Below, one piece after another: positions 38,431 through 52,960 of a stretch of DNA of 64,000 bases. Position 1 is the first letter of the stretch, and the number at the start of each line of letters is the position of its first letter. The translations under genes and the position numbers were made by a program. The stretch covers positions 55,118,001 through 55,182,000 of the forward strand of contig OX597831.1 in NCBI GenBank assembly GCA_951406725.2, given 5' to 3'. Under the pieces are notes generated by a model. The model searched no databases. It saw nothing but the letters and a program-made list of their open reading frames with translations, and was not told the DNA's origin. This DNA is from Octopus vulgaris. Taxonomy: Eukaryota.

Positions 38431-39174
38431 TTATCATCATCACCACCACACCCATCACCATCGCCGCCACCACCACCACCACCATCATCATCATTATCAT
38501 TATTACCACCAACAGCTACTGGACATTATTGTTCCAAGTCCCAATACTCATAGGGCCAGTTACACAGTTTCCATGACATATACCAGTTCACAACATTTAC
38601 AGCTCACTTATAGTTGAGTGAATTGGAGCAACATGAAATGAAGTGTTTTGTTCACGGAACACAATGCAACGCCTGGTCTGGAAGCTTGTGATTGTAAGTT
38701 CAACACCCTAACCACTAAGCCATGCACAAAAATATAAATATCGTGATCATGGTGGACATAATCAATTAGCTGATAAGAGTGACTTAGTCAGCATCTAAGT
38801 GAATGTACTGATGGTCATGAAACAAGAAAAAGTCTACAAGAATGAATGAAATACTGAAGTTAACAGAATATTCACAAAACTGGTTACCAAAACTTAAGGA
38901 AAGCAACTGTTTCCATCAATTATACTTCTTTTATAAAAAAAAATATACAACAAACTTAATACAAAATGCAGAAAAAATGAAATGTTTAAATCAATATAAA
39001 AGACAGCTCATAAGAGAAAAATAGTAAAATTTCTGAACAGTAATGTTTTAAAATATATAAATAAGTAAATCAGTAAATTAATAGAATATCATGGTTGTCA
39101 GAATGTTGGCACGGTCTGACTTTATTAACAGCTAGAAGAAAGATAACAATGTCAAAACAATGCCAAATACTTAC

Positions 39175-39300
39175 AACTACTACGTGGGTGAATGGATGAT
39201 AAACAAACACTAAACAGTAAACAAGGTAATGGCAGTGATTTACTCCTTGGAGGAGAACCAGATATAAGTGATACGCTTTGACAGTGAATTACCAACTGAA
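39175..39300 (-). other. Candidate spliced exon (126 nt)
   Basis: Acceptor ttcatttatttctatatttgtttgtag| and donor |gtaagtat. One open frame (QLVIHCQSVSLISGSPPRSKSLPLPCLLFSVCLSSIHPRSS), not recognisable. Confidence 0.45.
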
Positions 39301-40089
39301 CTACAAACAAATATAGAAATAAATGAAACCAATCTACTGTGAAATTCTTATCTTTTTATAAGTTAATATGCTGTTGTGGTTGCTATCTGCATAATCATCC
39401 TTATCATGCATTCTAGCCAAGTCAAATTCATTTAGAGGGAAGAGTATCAAAAGTTGGTAGTTGTTAATAACAGATACTGTAACTCTACAGATAAAATGCT
39501 ACCAAGGTCTTTCATCTTAAGATTAAAGCAAAAAGTGTCACTTCAGCATGAGGTAAGTAATGAAATTGATGGCTGGTTGTATTTCCCAGGATGGTGGACC
39601 TAATCAATTATGCTGGAAACCAAGTCCTATCTCTCTTTTGATCTATCTTTGGCACCTGACTGAGCATTCATGAAAGGTGAGAGCTGCTGAAGAAAATATA
39701 CTAAAGGTCATACTATTGCATTTGTCTTGTTGTTTGAATTAGAAACAATTATTTGGCCCCCTGGTATGCCTTGATTGAACAGACCTATGACCAAAGATGT
39801 TCTACCCATGACAATCCCATCATTTTCTCTTCAAAGCATAGTGTTTCAGAATTAAATTATCATTTAACCTACTTAATTCAATGATGCGGCTACAGTCCAA
39901 TGACTGAAACAAGTAAAAGATGAAAGATATATAATCAATTGGTGGTTATCCACTTCTCCTTTACTTGTACATTACCAAACAAAACTGGTATAAAACAATA
40001 ACAGACCTTGACCATATTGATGATATTGCTCTCTTCATACTATTCTACACTATCTGCAAGTCAAACTGACAAAACATGTGGTTCAAAGT

Positions 40090-40232
40090 GATATAGCTAA
40101 CCCATGGATTGGAAAGTGTGGAATAACATCATTACCAGAGTCCATCATCCAGTGGCACCCACAGCAGCATATTGGTTGAGAGGACAACCTCTACATCCAG
40201 TCACTAGCTAAGGATTTTACTTACTAACTAAC
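40090..40232 (+). mobile_element. RTE LINE 3' end (same family as 19220-19370)
   Basis: tggaataacatcattaccagagtc...cagcatattggttgagaggaca...gattttacttact. Confidence 0.7.
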
Positions 40233-42179
40233 CCAAATACTCATCAATTGGTTTTACAGGCAAGCACAAATGTATTATTTACAGTCAAGTCTATGGTGTT
40301 GAAATGTAGAAAATCAATGGGCATTTAATTAAATTCATTCTACCAAATGGCCAGTCCCATATAAGATCAAGAAATGCATAAACTTAGACTGAGTTGCATT
40401 GCCTCATCTGATGCTCAGTCTATGGTCTGGTAGTGATATCAAACTGCTCCTCAAAATCTGTGATTCACACACTTGTTTGCTATTTTCTTACCCAGCAGCT
40501 GTGGAGTCTAGATTCTAGTGTTTGACAACTGGTGTGAAGAACACTGCATGTTCATCTCATTGACTGAGTGCAGAAGTGTGATTGCTAAATACATTGCTCA
40601 ATAAGGCCAATTCTGTCTGAACTCAACCCATTCCTCTTACTGATTTACCCAAGCATGTCAACATCTACCACATATTTTCACTAGTGTTGTTTAGCTCTAC
40701 TTCAGTTCTAATTGAATAAATCTATAACTCTTTCAAATTTAAGCACAAGGCCAGTAATTTTGAAGAGATAAATTGATTATATTGACCCCAGTACTCGACT
40801 GGCACTTATTTTATTTGACCTCAGCAGAATTTGAACTCAGAATGTTAAGAGTCAGAAGAAGTGTCGCTAGGCATTTTGTCAAACGTGCTAATGATTCTGC
40901 CAACTTGCCAACTTAAATAGGTCTATAATCAAAAGTATTCTATCCATGCCATTTATTCAAACACAGTGTCCTTTCTTTAAAGATGGCTGAGTACACTTAA
41001 GCATACAATGCTAGGCTATTAAAAATATAAATGTATGTCATCAAGATAAATCTTATATTATATCTGTCCAAATATTCTTGTTCTTCCCCAATGGTTCACA
41101 GATTTATTTCAGATTGGCTATGATTTGGCCAGTGACACCTAAGAGTGGTTGTTTGGCAGCTGTCCAAGCCATGGGTTCAACTGAAAGAATTTGTTAAGTA
41201 TGCAAAACCTATTTCATAGTCTTACATTTATTCTCTCTGTCTGTCTCTCTCTCTGTCTCTCTCTCTCTCTCACACACACAATATTTGAACTGAATTATTA
41301 GATAAATATATTTATTTATGTGAACTGTCTCTGTAACAATAAATTGAGTCAAGACATAATTAACTCCTTTACAACATGATTATTTCTTCCTAGTATAGTA
41401 TATTTGTGTGAGTATGTGTGTGCGCGTGTGTGTGTGTGTGTGTGTGTGTGTAAAAGCATGAGGATATAAGTGTACATATGTTCATAAATATATATATATA
41501 TATATATGTGAGTATACTGATGTATGTTGTGAGGGAATAAGAGAAGGAAAAAGCAAGGACAAAGAAAAAGGGAGCTGGAAGGGGATTAAACAATTTACTC
41601 CAGTTTGTTAATCTAGTGAGTTTTTTTGTAACTGAAATCCGAATATTTTGTAGTCTGAAGACAATCTCTTTCAGAATTTAAAGACAAAAGGTTACTTCAG
41701 ATTAGTTTAAAATAGCATTACCATTATTATTTCAATATGATTTTAACTAATCGGTTTGGCATTTCTTTTTATTGTTTTTTTTTTTCAAATTTATATTATT
41801 ATATTGTATTATTCTATTCAAGATTTCTATACCACACAAACAGGAATGCAAACAGCAACAACAACAGCCACCACCACAAAACCCTCAGGACCTACTGATA
41901 TATATATATATATATATATATTTAATTTTATTTGTTAGGGAATAAAAATTCCGGCATAACAGGGGTTAAAATTATTCTCAATGAAGTGATATAAGGGCCT
42001 GATGATTGGGGGGTTACATTTTAAGAAGGGTTCCAGCAAATCATGGAGTGGTTTAGGAACTGGGAAATGTACCTCATGAAACACATGTAGCCAAGTTATA
42101 AAATAGTAGGTATTTAAAATAAAAATTCTTTTTTATATGGTGAAATACAGGGGCCTACTATCTCTAAATGAAATATATA

Positions 42180-42701
42180 TCTATATATATCTATATATAT
42201 AAAACTGTGGTTGTGTGAGTGTCTGTCCCCTTCGATTTAGATTCCTAACTACTCTCACATTTTGCGGTGCAGTTTAACCAAATTCGGGTATCTTATAGTC
42301 GTGATTCATATCGAGCCTGTCTGAGTATTAGCGCGCGTCTACGATGAGTCTACGATTTTAAAAATAATTTAACATCATTTTTTATTCCATTTTAATGCAT
42401 AATTTTTCGTGTGTCGATGGCGGCGGAGTTGGCGTCCATGGTCACACCTGCACCTGTTTGCTTCTCCCCCTTCTTCCCTCCCTCGTGAAGCTGTGGGGAA
42501 GGGAGTGTAAGGAAATCAACGTCGTAAAGCGTTGTCAAGGAGACCAGCGTTCTTTTAGAACAACGACTTCATGGCTTGAAGACACCAAAACAGAAATGGC
42601 TAAGAAAGCCCGAATTGGCATCTATAAGGGAAGTAACTCTCTAAAAATGCTTATATAGTTATTTCCCTTACAAACCCGAGCAACGCCAGGCGATACTGCT
42701 A

Positions 42702-42702
<1 letters not shown>
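42180..42702 (+). mobile_element. Complete non-autonomous Helitron
   Basis: 5' a|TCTATATATAT. Subterminal hairpin cccgagcaacgccaggcg and 3' CTAG|t. Inserted between A and T with no TSD. CpG-rich, so apparently young. Confidence 0.85.
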
Positions 42703-42747
<45 letters not shown>

Positions 42748-42918
42748 AACAGAATATAGAACTGCTGGGCACTCCACATATCCTACATAGAGCACTTTCA
42801 CTACAATAAAAGTAATGACAAGCACACACAGTACATAACCAAGGCCCATATAGTTGTGTTTGGTAGTGCAGTGAAAGCTTACAATAACAATAAGACTATT
42901 GAAGCATAATAAAAATAA

Positions 42919-43440
42919 TCAGGTCAGATGTTGGGGCATACACTGTTGCAGTGCATTGCTGAATTCACCATTTGTCGATAGATCCCTGTACCAGAACCTG
43001 TATAGTTCTCACACTTTATGAGGGATTAGTTCTTTATAGGTTATGAAACACATGATGCTAAAGCATGTTAAAATGTCCATATTTGTTGTGCAGCAACCCA
43101 TCAAGCAGAGTTCCAGTCAGTCCCAATCCATAAGATACCCCCTCATCTGCTGTGACCATGTGGCATGTGGTCAAACAACATAAACCATCAACCCAGCCAG
43201 GTCCTCAGTGAAGAAAACATGATAAGCAGGGTCTAACTTAGAAAATTGAGCGACATGACCGAACAGTCTGAGCTGACACTCCCAAATCATACCAGTAACA
43301 AGATGCATCCCAGTCTCTGAGTTTAAGCCACTGTTTGGATACAAAATCTGACCAATTGTAACCTACAATCCTGCAAAGCATCCTGGTACCAAAGGATTTT
43401 AGGCAGCTCCTGAGGGCCTCAGATAGTGTCCAAATCTCAC
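42919..43440 (-). mobile_element. RTE-clade LINE 3' remnant
   Basis: EIWTLSEALRSCLKSFGTRMLCRIVGYNWSDFVS..ETGMHLVTGMIWECQLRLFGHVAQFSKLDPAYHV...VNSAMHCNSVCP, with a tgacctga tail. Confidence 0.8.
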
Positions 43441-43449
43441 ATCGTCTGA

Positions 43450-43876
43450 TGCTTATGGATGGTGATGCAATGATTTCCTCTCACAGCTGCACGCACATGT
43501 TTTTCTCAGTTCTGCTGGTTGCAGGTCTCTCAGAATGTTTGTCAATATCGACATTTCTTCAGTCATCTTGAAAACATCTGAACTATTCGTACACTTGTGT
43601 GCAGCTCATACACTCCTCTTCAAATACTTCCTGTAACTTTGTGCAGGCCTCTGAGCAGGTATTGCCATGACAACTTTGTCATGGTTAATGCGATGATCAC
43701 ATGCTACACACCTTCCTTCCAAGCACTGCTGTAAACACTGGAAGTGAGCTTGAACGTTAAAACTTAGTGCACGTGCACAGTAGAGTTGAAGCTCAATCTG
43801 TACCAAGTGGCTTCACTCTGCATGGTTTAGCTTCGCTACTATGGCAACAGTCCGGATACTTATTGATCAGACCTCG
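43450..43876 (-). mobile_element. mariner 5' remnant (TIR plus HTH)
   Basis: Reverse complement TA|cgaggtctgatcaataagtatccggactg TIR. Peptide GNTCSEACTKLQEVFEEECMSCTQVYE*FRCFQDD*RNVDIDKHSERPATSRTEKN. Confidence 0.85.
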
Positions 43877-44100
43877 TATATATGTGTGTGAGTGTGTCTG
43901 TTTGTGTGTAAGTACATATATACGTGTATATATGGATATGTGTGTGTGTGTATGTGTGTATGGTGGTTGTTTACTCTTTATGCAGAGTTTGACCACCTCC
44001 TGTACCTACACCTTAGAAACATCATGGCACACAGATTGCACATCCGATCTGGACCACCAAGAGATGCAGATAAGTTCTGATCTTTGTGGATTTTAAAATG

Positions 44101-44150
<50 letters not shown>

Positions 44151-45515
44151 GTACATATATATTTATATATATGTACACACACACACACACATATATACAC
44201 ATAGATACATAGATACATACATACATACATATGCATGTGTACATGTTTAAATACATGTATTCATGGAATGTATCTGTATGTGTACACATACACACATGCA
44301 CATACACACACACACACACACAAAAGCAGATACAGACACAGAGCCTCCATCTATTTATAGAACCTAGTTCTATTTCTAAGCTTATTTGGTGAGTAAAAAT
44401 TAGTTAGCACATATGAAAACAGTTGTTTGACCAGAAGTCTCACACCAGCCATTAGTGTCTAACATACAGATTAGATGTCTACATTGTTACACATTATTGA
44501 TTAATGACAGGATATTATAAAAGTCGACACCTCACCTTGGTTATGTGAGATCACTGAATTTTGCTGATTTGACAAGAGTCTATTTAGTATGCATTGGCTA
44601 TGCTATATGAATTATTGAAATCAGTTCAGTTATACTAATTGTTCTATTAGCCTGAGGACTAAGCTTTTGGGTAGGATTTTATATATGTGTGTGTATGTGT
44701 GTGTGTGTGTATATGTGCATATGTGTGTGTGTATGTATATATATGTGTATATATATATATATATATATCAATCATATTTGATGCAACTCTTCCCTTTACA
44801 GTTCTCTCTTTCTCTCCCTTTCGTTTTCTCTCCCATCGTTTCTATAATTCTTTTTTCTCCCCTTCACCGTTTTCTATCTGTCTGTCTCATTCTTTCTCCC
44901 TCTTCCTCCTTTACTCTCTCTCATTACTCACACGTGACCATCGTCCATCTTTCCTTTCCTCACGTGATCATCTTTCTTTTCACTCAGTCTGCTGTGCAAT
45001 CCAGATGCATTCCTATCTGTCTCCTCTCCTTATCAAAGAATCTCTTATCAAAGAATCTTATTCTTTTTTATCAAAGAATCTTCTTCCAGCATTCACTACC
45101 TTACCTTGTCTGAACCTAACGGCCCTCCCTATTTGTATTCGTTTCATTTGGTTTGTTGTATGTCCTGCTCTTGTTACCAACTTTGACCCTCTGCGAATCT
45201 CAAATTTTATTTTGGCTCGCGGGAGCAACTGCCTTCAAAGACTCATCTTGCCATTTATTGCTTGAAATATGGAGTAGAAGAACAGCCGACAACTCATGAA
45301 GGGTCGTTTTTTATATTACTTGCCTTGTTTTCTATTTGTTTCTCCCGTTCTTTGCATGCCCATCGTTGTTTTCATATTGCTTGTTGTTTACGTTTTGCGA
45401 CATCCTGTACTCATATATGCATACCTATATACATACATATGTATGTATGTTCATGTGCCTGTGTGTATATGCATATATATATAAATATGTATGTATGTAT
45501 GTATGCATGTGTGTG

Positions 45516-45555
<40 letters not shown>

Positions 45556-45872
45556 TACATCCATGTATAAAAATATTTAATCCATAATTGTTAGTATGAT
45601 AAAATATATATATTCTATTTCACCTATGGTTCATTGGGAACTAAGGAACAAAAGTTTAGGAAAGGCTTACTTATATTTGAATATTTTATTCTAAGTGACC
45701 AGATACAGCTTTTTTTTAAAATTGTTACTCACTAGAATAAGGGTGTACTTATGTGTGTGTGTGTTTGTGTGTGTATGTGTGTGTGCTTGTGTGTGTGTGT
45801 GTATTAGTTGCAGTGGTGGTGGTATTAACTCGTATCCGAGTAGTTATATATATATATATTTACTAATACATA

Positions 45873-45914
<42 letters not shown>

Positions 45915-46569
45915 AACACACACACACACACAAATACACACACATGCATGCACACAAATATATAAGAAAAACTAACTCATGATTGTTTATTTTACATTTC
46001 TTTAATTCAAAATTTAATCATCTTATAAATGTCAATAATTTTGAATCATTACTGTTCAATAGATTCAGGGAAATGTTTACCTGGAGAGCATGCTAATCTA
46101 CATACTCTTACAACCTTTATCACTGGTAAAGCAGTGCAGGTTCATTGGGTACAGCATGTGTTTGACCATGCCTGATTTGACCCTGTTTTCATTGACCAAA
46201 CAGAACATTTGCTACATCATAAAGTAAAACAATGTGTCTGTGCCCAGTTTGACTGTTTTGGCTGCATGCTCTTGTAGAAATAGGGAGAAATTAATTTCAT
46301 AATAAAAAGAGGTCTAGAGTGTGACAATGAGCCTAGGCCATCAGGATCAAAGTGCAAGAGCCAAGAGCTATATGCTATTAGTCAAGTCATTGACATATTG
46401 GATGAATTCAGTGAATTAGACACTGAAAATGATGTGGATTGCCCAGATAGTGATTTGGAATCTGTTTCTGTATAATGAATCCAATGGTGTAAAAAGGGGG
46501 CATGACACCAGAAAATTGAATGCCAGCAAAGACGATGCTGGCACCATCAGCACAGGCCCATTTGATGCT

Positions 46570-46798
46570 TTACCCCTTTTGTTACCAACCCAGCTGAAAC
46601 CGGCTCTGGCTCTGTAGTACAAATGCCTTGTTTTCATGAGTTTTGAATTAAAATCTTCCATCAAACCTTAGTCACAATTTATGTTCCTAACACTAGCTGA
46701 ATGATAACTAAGTTATTATACTAAATTCTTTGTTATATTTAAAGTAATTGAAAGAAACATAGAGCATCTCAAAATAAATACAGCAACGAAAGGGTTAA
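46570..46798. mobile_element. piggyBac-like MITE family 1
   Basis: ttaccccttttgttacc...gcaacgaaagggttaa termini. Confidence 0.65.
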
Positions 46799-48371
46799 AT
46801 TATGGACCCCAAAACATTCCAGACAGCATAAATGGTGAGTCTAAGCCAATTGAGTTTGTAAATATATTTTTTTACCAAAATGGCTTCTCCCATCATAAAC
46901 ACACACCAACATCAGGTGCTGAGGTATGGTGGGGAACAAACACACACACACACACATACATACATACATACATACATATATGTACAACACTCTTCTTTCA
47001 GTTTCTATCTACCAAATCCACTCACAATGCTTTGGTTGGTCTGGGGCTTTACTAGCCAAAACTAATAAAATGATATAACTATAAACCATAGTGCTTATTA
47101 TTCACATCCAGGGGAAGAGAAACAATATAGAATGAAGTGTTTTAAATCATGTGGAAATTAATTAAAATGTCAAAAATTCTGTCACTGAAGATTCCATTGA
47201 GAATTCTCACCATTTTACTTAGTGATTTTTTGATTTTATTATAATGGGTTTAGCAAGTGGTTTGCTGACAGGCTAATGGTTCAGAAAGTATGATACTTAA
47301 TCTTGTTTCTGCCACTTAAAGAGAATATGAAAAAAGACCATAGCAGAACAAACTTCCTAATTGTATTGCAACCCCATATTCTAAAATGGAACGGTTGGTA
47401 TCACATTCCCAATTCATCATCATTTAATGTCTGTTTTCTATGACATGGGTCGAATGGTTTGATAGGATTTGATGGGTCCAAGGACTGCATTATGTTCCAG
47501 TGTCTGCTTTGGCATGGTTTACACAGTTTGATGCCCTTCCTAATGCCAACCATTTTACAGTGTGTACTGGGTGCTTTTTATGTGCCATCAGCACAGCTAA
47601 CATCACCATGCAGCTCACAAGACTACAAACCTTGAGGGAGGAGAGGTTAGCTTTATGTTATAGGATGAGGGATTAGAGTATGAGAGGAGGAGCAGTTACT
47701 CACATTTATGTCTCAAAATCATTGAATTTTTACTAGAAAAAATTTGGGGGTAAGGACATCTCTATGATGCACTTGTAAGCACACAAAATTTATTGCTCTA
47801 TCACTGAAACAGGCAGTGTCTTTGTCAGTAAGAAAAGTAGAGTTATGAGATTTGTCCAAGGACCACACAGAAGATACAACTTTGAGATACAAATTCATGT
47901 GTCATCAATCTATTAACACAGTTCCTTATCCACACAACAAATATGGACATTTTAACATGCTTTGGCTTCATGTGTTTTATAACCTATAAAGAACTAATCC
48001 CTCATAAAGTGTGAGAACTATACAGGTTCTGGTACAGGGATCCAACTTTTGAGCAACTATCTGAATCTTCATGCTTGAATCAGAAAATCTTTTCTGTTTG
48101 TATTAAACATTAAGAAAGGCACATTGCTACAATACCTTATTTACACAGTGGTGTACTGGGCCATGATGCTAAAACCATATGGTGTTTTAATAATTTGTGT
48201 AAATATTATAAATGCAAACCACCACCAGAGGAATCACCACCCCCTGCCGGAGCCTCGTGGAGCTTTTAGGTGTTTTCGCTCAATAAATACTCACAATGCC
48301 CGGTCTGGGAATCGAAACTGCGATCCTACGACCACGAGTCCGCTACCCTAACCACTGGGCCATTGCGCCTC

Positions 48372-48429
<58 letters not shown>

Positions 48430-48850
48430 GGAGAGAAAGAAAGAGATGGATAAATAGATAGATAGATAGACACACAGACAGACAGGCAGGCAGGCAGACA
48501 GACAGACATATGTCTCTCGTTATTTGATGCCGGTTCTTATGTATTTCATCTGGTCTGAACTCTAATCAGTTAGTAGCTATTGTATGCCTTTTGACTTGCT
48601 AGCCAGACCAAAATTTCCCCTAAATGGTATGTTCATTATAGGACATCAATTTACAGCTGAATGGACTGGAGCACAGTGAAATGGTTCCACTCAAGAACAT
48701 AATGCACTGCCAGTCTGGGAAATGAAACCATCATCCAGCAGTCAGGAGTGCAACACCCTAACCACTAAGCCAAGCACCTTCACACACACACACACAAAGA
48801 ACATATTAATAATGAGTCACTTCACTCCAGATGGTGGAGGGACTTTATAC

Positions 48851-48889
48851 CTCAGGAAGAAATTGGTGAATTGGTATTAAATAAATGTA
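48851..48889 (-). other. Candidate 39-nt micro-exon
   Basis: Acceptor ttcctgtattgtttttctctttcag| and donor gag|gtataa. Open in phase 0 (YIYLIPIHQFLPE). Confidence 0.2.
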
Positions 48890-50469
48890 CTGAAAGAGAA
48901 AAACAATACAGGAAAGTCACTAGGAGATGGATGCAGGAGACAAAACTACACTTGGGGTTGGCATATAATGCAAATAAAGTCATAAACTGGGTGAAAAATA
49001 TGTTGAAGTTGAAACTGGTGGCAACCTTTGAGAAATCTAAATCCATAGGTGATAAATGTTCAGTTTTATAGTTAATTACTTTCAGGAATAGTATTTGAAT
49101 GAGTTAATTGAATAAAATGCTTGTTCCTTTTTATCATTTAATAAATAATAAAATATACATACAATTTTCTACACCCACACACAAACAACACATGCACACA
49201 ATTTATGCAGCAACAGTAAAACTTATACATGAACATGCATTACTACTCAGTGTTCAGCTAACTAAACAACCTGTTAGTGTGGCCATGAAATACAAACATG
49301 GTAAAAATATGATAGCAGCTAATTGCCTTTGATGTGCATGTCAAGGGGGATGGACAAAGAGAGAGAGAGAGAAAGAGAGAGAGTGAGAGAGAGAGAGAAT
49401 AAAACAGAGAGGGAGAATGAGACATGTTGCTAATTATATTAGTGGATGATGTAGAATCTCAATAAACAGAGTGATGTTGTATTTCTGTTCTGTCTAACTC
49501 ATGTCAACATTAGAAAATAGATAATAAACAACAGCAACAACAACTATCAAAATGGTGGTGGTGGTGGTGGCAGCAACAACAGCAGCACTAGTCAGTGGTA
49601 ACAGTGATGCTAATACTGATTCTGGCAGTGAAAGGCAGGTGTGCAATTAGAGAACAGACTTAAGATTTTAGCAAGAACCATTTTGTTGCACTTATGTCAT
49701 TACATATATAAAATATTTTATCGTGATCGAATGAAATTGTCTGAAGTGTGGTGACGAAAGGCTTTGATGCTCTTAATTAACAGATAAAAGGTGAACAACA
49801 ACAATAACAAGAAATGATTTCTGACAGAATAAGGTCACAAATTTTGGAGGAAAGTATAGTTGATTAGATCAACCCTAGTACTTTGTGTGCTGGTTATTTT
49901 ACCAACCCCACTGAAGGTTTTAAGGTGAAGATGATGCTGGCAAAGATTTTAGACTGATAACATGACTCTCGGTAATGTAGAAGGAAATTACAGAAACATG
50001 ATACTTAATGGTACATGCAGAGAGGTATAGGTAGATAGCCAGGTTGTATTACCTAAAGAGTAGAAAGGGAGTTGAAGGGGTAGTAGAGATAGTAAGTACT
50101 GATTATTGACAAATAGATGGATAAATAAATAAATAAATTCTCGAGGACTGCAGGAAGTGACATACAAATCTCACAATAGCATGGATCAATTATAAAACAC
50201 CCATTATGTGATGCATCATTCCTAGATTGACTTGAGATAGTTGAGATAGGAGAGATTGTAAGAAAACTGTTTGTAAAAAGTATGAATAAATGAGAAACAC
50301 AATTAACGTGGATGATATATTATCTCCTTTGTTTTTGTTTTTTTTTTTGCTTTGTTTATTTTTGTTGTTGTTTTTCGTGACACGTGATACTTTCAGCACT
50401 TTTACTAAGAATGGTAAAGATTGAGTTTATTATTACATCAGATAGCATAAAGTAAACCCCCACCACACA

Positions 50470-51430
50470 GTCTTCTCTTTATAGGGAACTTAGAGTTTGC
50501 TTTCGAAGAATGATAGCCAAAACAGACTCTTTTGTAGAAACATTTCATTGATTTCGTGAAGATATTGGGATGCAATTTGGTATTGAGAAATGCATCTTAA
50601 TAATGAAAAAAAGGAAAGATAGCAGCAAGTTATGGAATACAATTTGCCAGATAAATAAATCATAAGACACATAGATGTAAAAGGATATAAAAATTTATAA
50701 TAAACAAAGCTTGATAAAACAAAAGAACTTTAGAAAGAAATTCCTTTAGTTAAAATGATTGCTTAAATCTGCGATAAATGGTAAAAATAAGACTTTGCTG
50801 TTACAATATAAGCTACATCTATTGAGGCATTATGGAAAAATCCTTGAATGGCATAAAGAAGAAAAAAGTAAGTGTAGAGAGAAACAATCTCAAAGACCAA
50901 TATACATATATATGGAGCTTTGTATAACAAAAATGATATCTGTACGATCTATATATCCTATAAAAAAAAAAGACAGGATCAATTATTTATGAAGAATGTA
51001 TACAAAGCAAAGAAAATAGTGCAGCAAAGGATGCATAGAATAGTGTAGAACCACAACTGGAAGAGAAAAATAGATAGTGGAATAGTTGAAACTAAAAAAA
51101 TGTATGGTACCACCATAATTCAAGATCAAGAGATGGAACTTGTGAAGGAGTTACTCAGCCTATTAAGAATAGTAGCCAAATATCTTTCAAATCACACTCC
51201 ACAATACTTCCAAAGGGGAAAGCAGGGATAGTCATGGCTAGAATATCTTTGATCATAGAACTGTTCCATTAAGGCTAACCTAAATTAAATAAGAGAAGAT
51301 ATCTTGAAAAAAAAAGTGGGGGGGGAAGGCTTCTCAAAAAAGGTAATGCATGGGAAAATGCTCAGGGTGAAGCATGATGAATGTATGGATAAGAATAAAT
51401 CCTAAGTATGGATTTAACAAATCAGATTTA
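50470..51430 (+). mobile_element. Highly decayed R4/Dong-clade reverse transcriptase remnant
   Basis: FREDIGMQFGIEKCILIMKK..PDK*IIRHIDVKGYK..LLKSAINGKNK..ILEWHKEE..IYGAL..YEECIQSKENS..MHGKMLR. Confidence 0.7.
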
Positions 51431-51639
51431 ACTCTTTAGCATTTAAACTGGCCATATCTGGTCACAATATAAAGATAAAAGATAAAAAGATTTTTTTAAA
51501 AAGTGTAGCACATTTATAAGGTTAATGCAGTGAATTATCATCTCAGAAGGAATATATATAAAAATAAAAAAATGATAATGTCACAAGATTCTTTCACAGA
51601 GAATTATATAGAGAATTATATAGAAAGTAATTACATTAT

Positions 51640-51940
51640 CAAAGAACTATTCCAGCTACTTAATAACACACAAAACTATAAAAATTCACTTTTAATTCAT
51701 TTCATGAGGTGTTGAAATTTTCACTGCATGATGATGCAGTTGTGCAATGAAAATTCTTTGACACAAATACACTTGTGCACAACAGTGCCCTGGTCACTGA
51801 CAGCTTGGCTTCAGGCGGAACTGCGTCGGTGACCAAATTACAGTTGTGCAAGTAACATTTTGATACCTCATGAAATAAGTCAAAAGAGAATTTAACAGTT
51901 TTGTATGTTATTGAATGGCTAAATGCTATGTGCTTTGGAG
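51640..51940. repeat. Long imperfect inverted repeat (foldback/MITE-like)
   Basis: taataacacacaaaactataaaaattcacttttaattcatttcatgaggt pairs with acctcatgaaataagtcaaaagagaatttaacagttttgtatgttatt. Inner hairpin tggtcactgac..gtcggtgacca. Confidence 0.65.
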
Positions 51941-52074
51941 TAGTTTTGATGATTTATATGTGTGTCAAAATGCAATTTATTGGTCCAATGAAATCATTGT
52001 GTGTAACATTTGTACGTTGATGTATGTGGTTCTTTAATTATTTTATTGCTTGTGTCTATGGCTGTGTATCTTCT

Positions 52075-52568
52075 ATCTTTTATCTTTTACTTGTTTTAGT
52101 CATTAGACTGCGACCATGCTGGGGCACTGCCTTGAAGAATTTTTAGCGGAATGAATAGACCCCTGTACATATTTTTTTTCTTAAGCGTCTGATATCTATT
52201 CTGTCAATCTCCTTTGCCAAACTGTTAAGTTATGGGGATGTAAACACACCAACTCAAGCAATGATGAGGGACCAACACCATTGGGGACATAAACACACAT
52301 TCTCAAGCAATGATGAGGGGAACACATTCTCACCATGGGGACGTAAACACACATTCTCAAGCAATGGTGAGGGACCAACACACACACACACACACAGACA
52401 CACATACACACGATGTGATTCTTTCTGTTTCCGTCTACCAAATCCACTCACAAGGCTTTGGTCAGTCTGAGGTTATTGTAGAAGACACTTGCTCAAGGTG
52501 CCACTCAGTGGTACTGAACCCAGAACCATGTAGTTGGGAAACAAACTTCTTACCACATAGCCACACCT
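52075..52568 (-). mobile_element. SINE family A with an internal ~50-57 bp tandem triplication
   Basis: aaacacacattctcaagcaatgatgaggg...tgggga unit repeated three times at ~52240-52385. Confidence 0.75.
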
Positions 52569-52749
52569 AATGATTTCTTTTGTATTCATGTCTGAGGTGA
52601 TGTTTTGGCTGTTGGTGTGAATGTGAATTAGATTAAGCCTGTGTTTGTAATGACGGTGTTGAGGACGAGTGTGATGATAGCACTGATGTGGTCACTGTTG
52701 GAGGTGGTGCTAGTATATTGTTGTTTAAATCCATCTCTCCCAGCTGGAC

Positions 52750-52960
52750 AAGTATAACTCTGAAATACGTAGGAAGTAAAAACTAAAAACGACAAAACAA
52801 TAGTATGAATACCAATTTCCCAATATAACCGAGCCTGGATAACGATAAGATACAGTGGCAGAAACAAGTCAAATGAATGTGAAACATTGATATTGCAATA
52901 CCTGAAGAGAACACTAGAATTGAAATCAAAGAACAAGACAATGTGGAGAATTATAAGGAC
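52750..52960 (+). mobile_element. R4/Dong endonuclease fragment
   Basis: NIDIAIPEENTRIEIKEQDNVENYKD, homologous to the IID..P.D motif of the other Dong copies. Confidence 0.5.

Noticed and set aside
44667-45265. Longest ORF in the track (192 aa)
   Set aside because: It begins in a microsatellite and runs through a C/T-rich tract poor in stop codons, with no recognisable domain.
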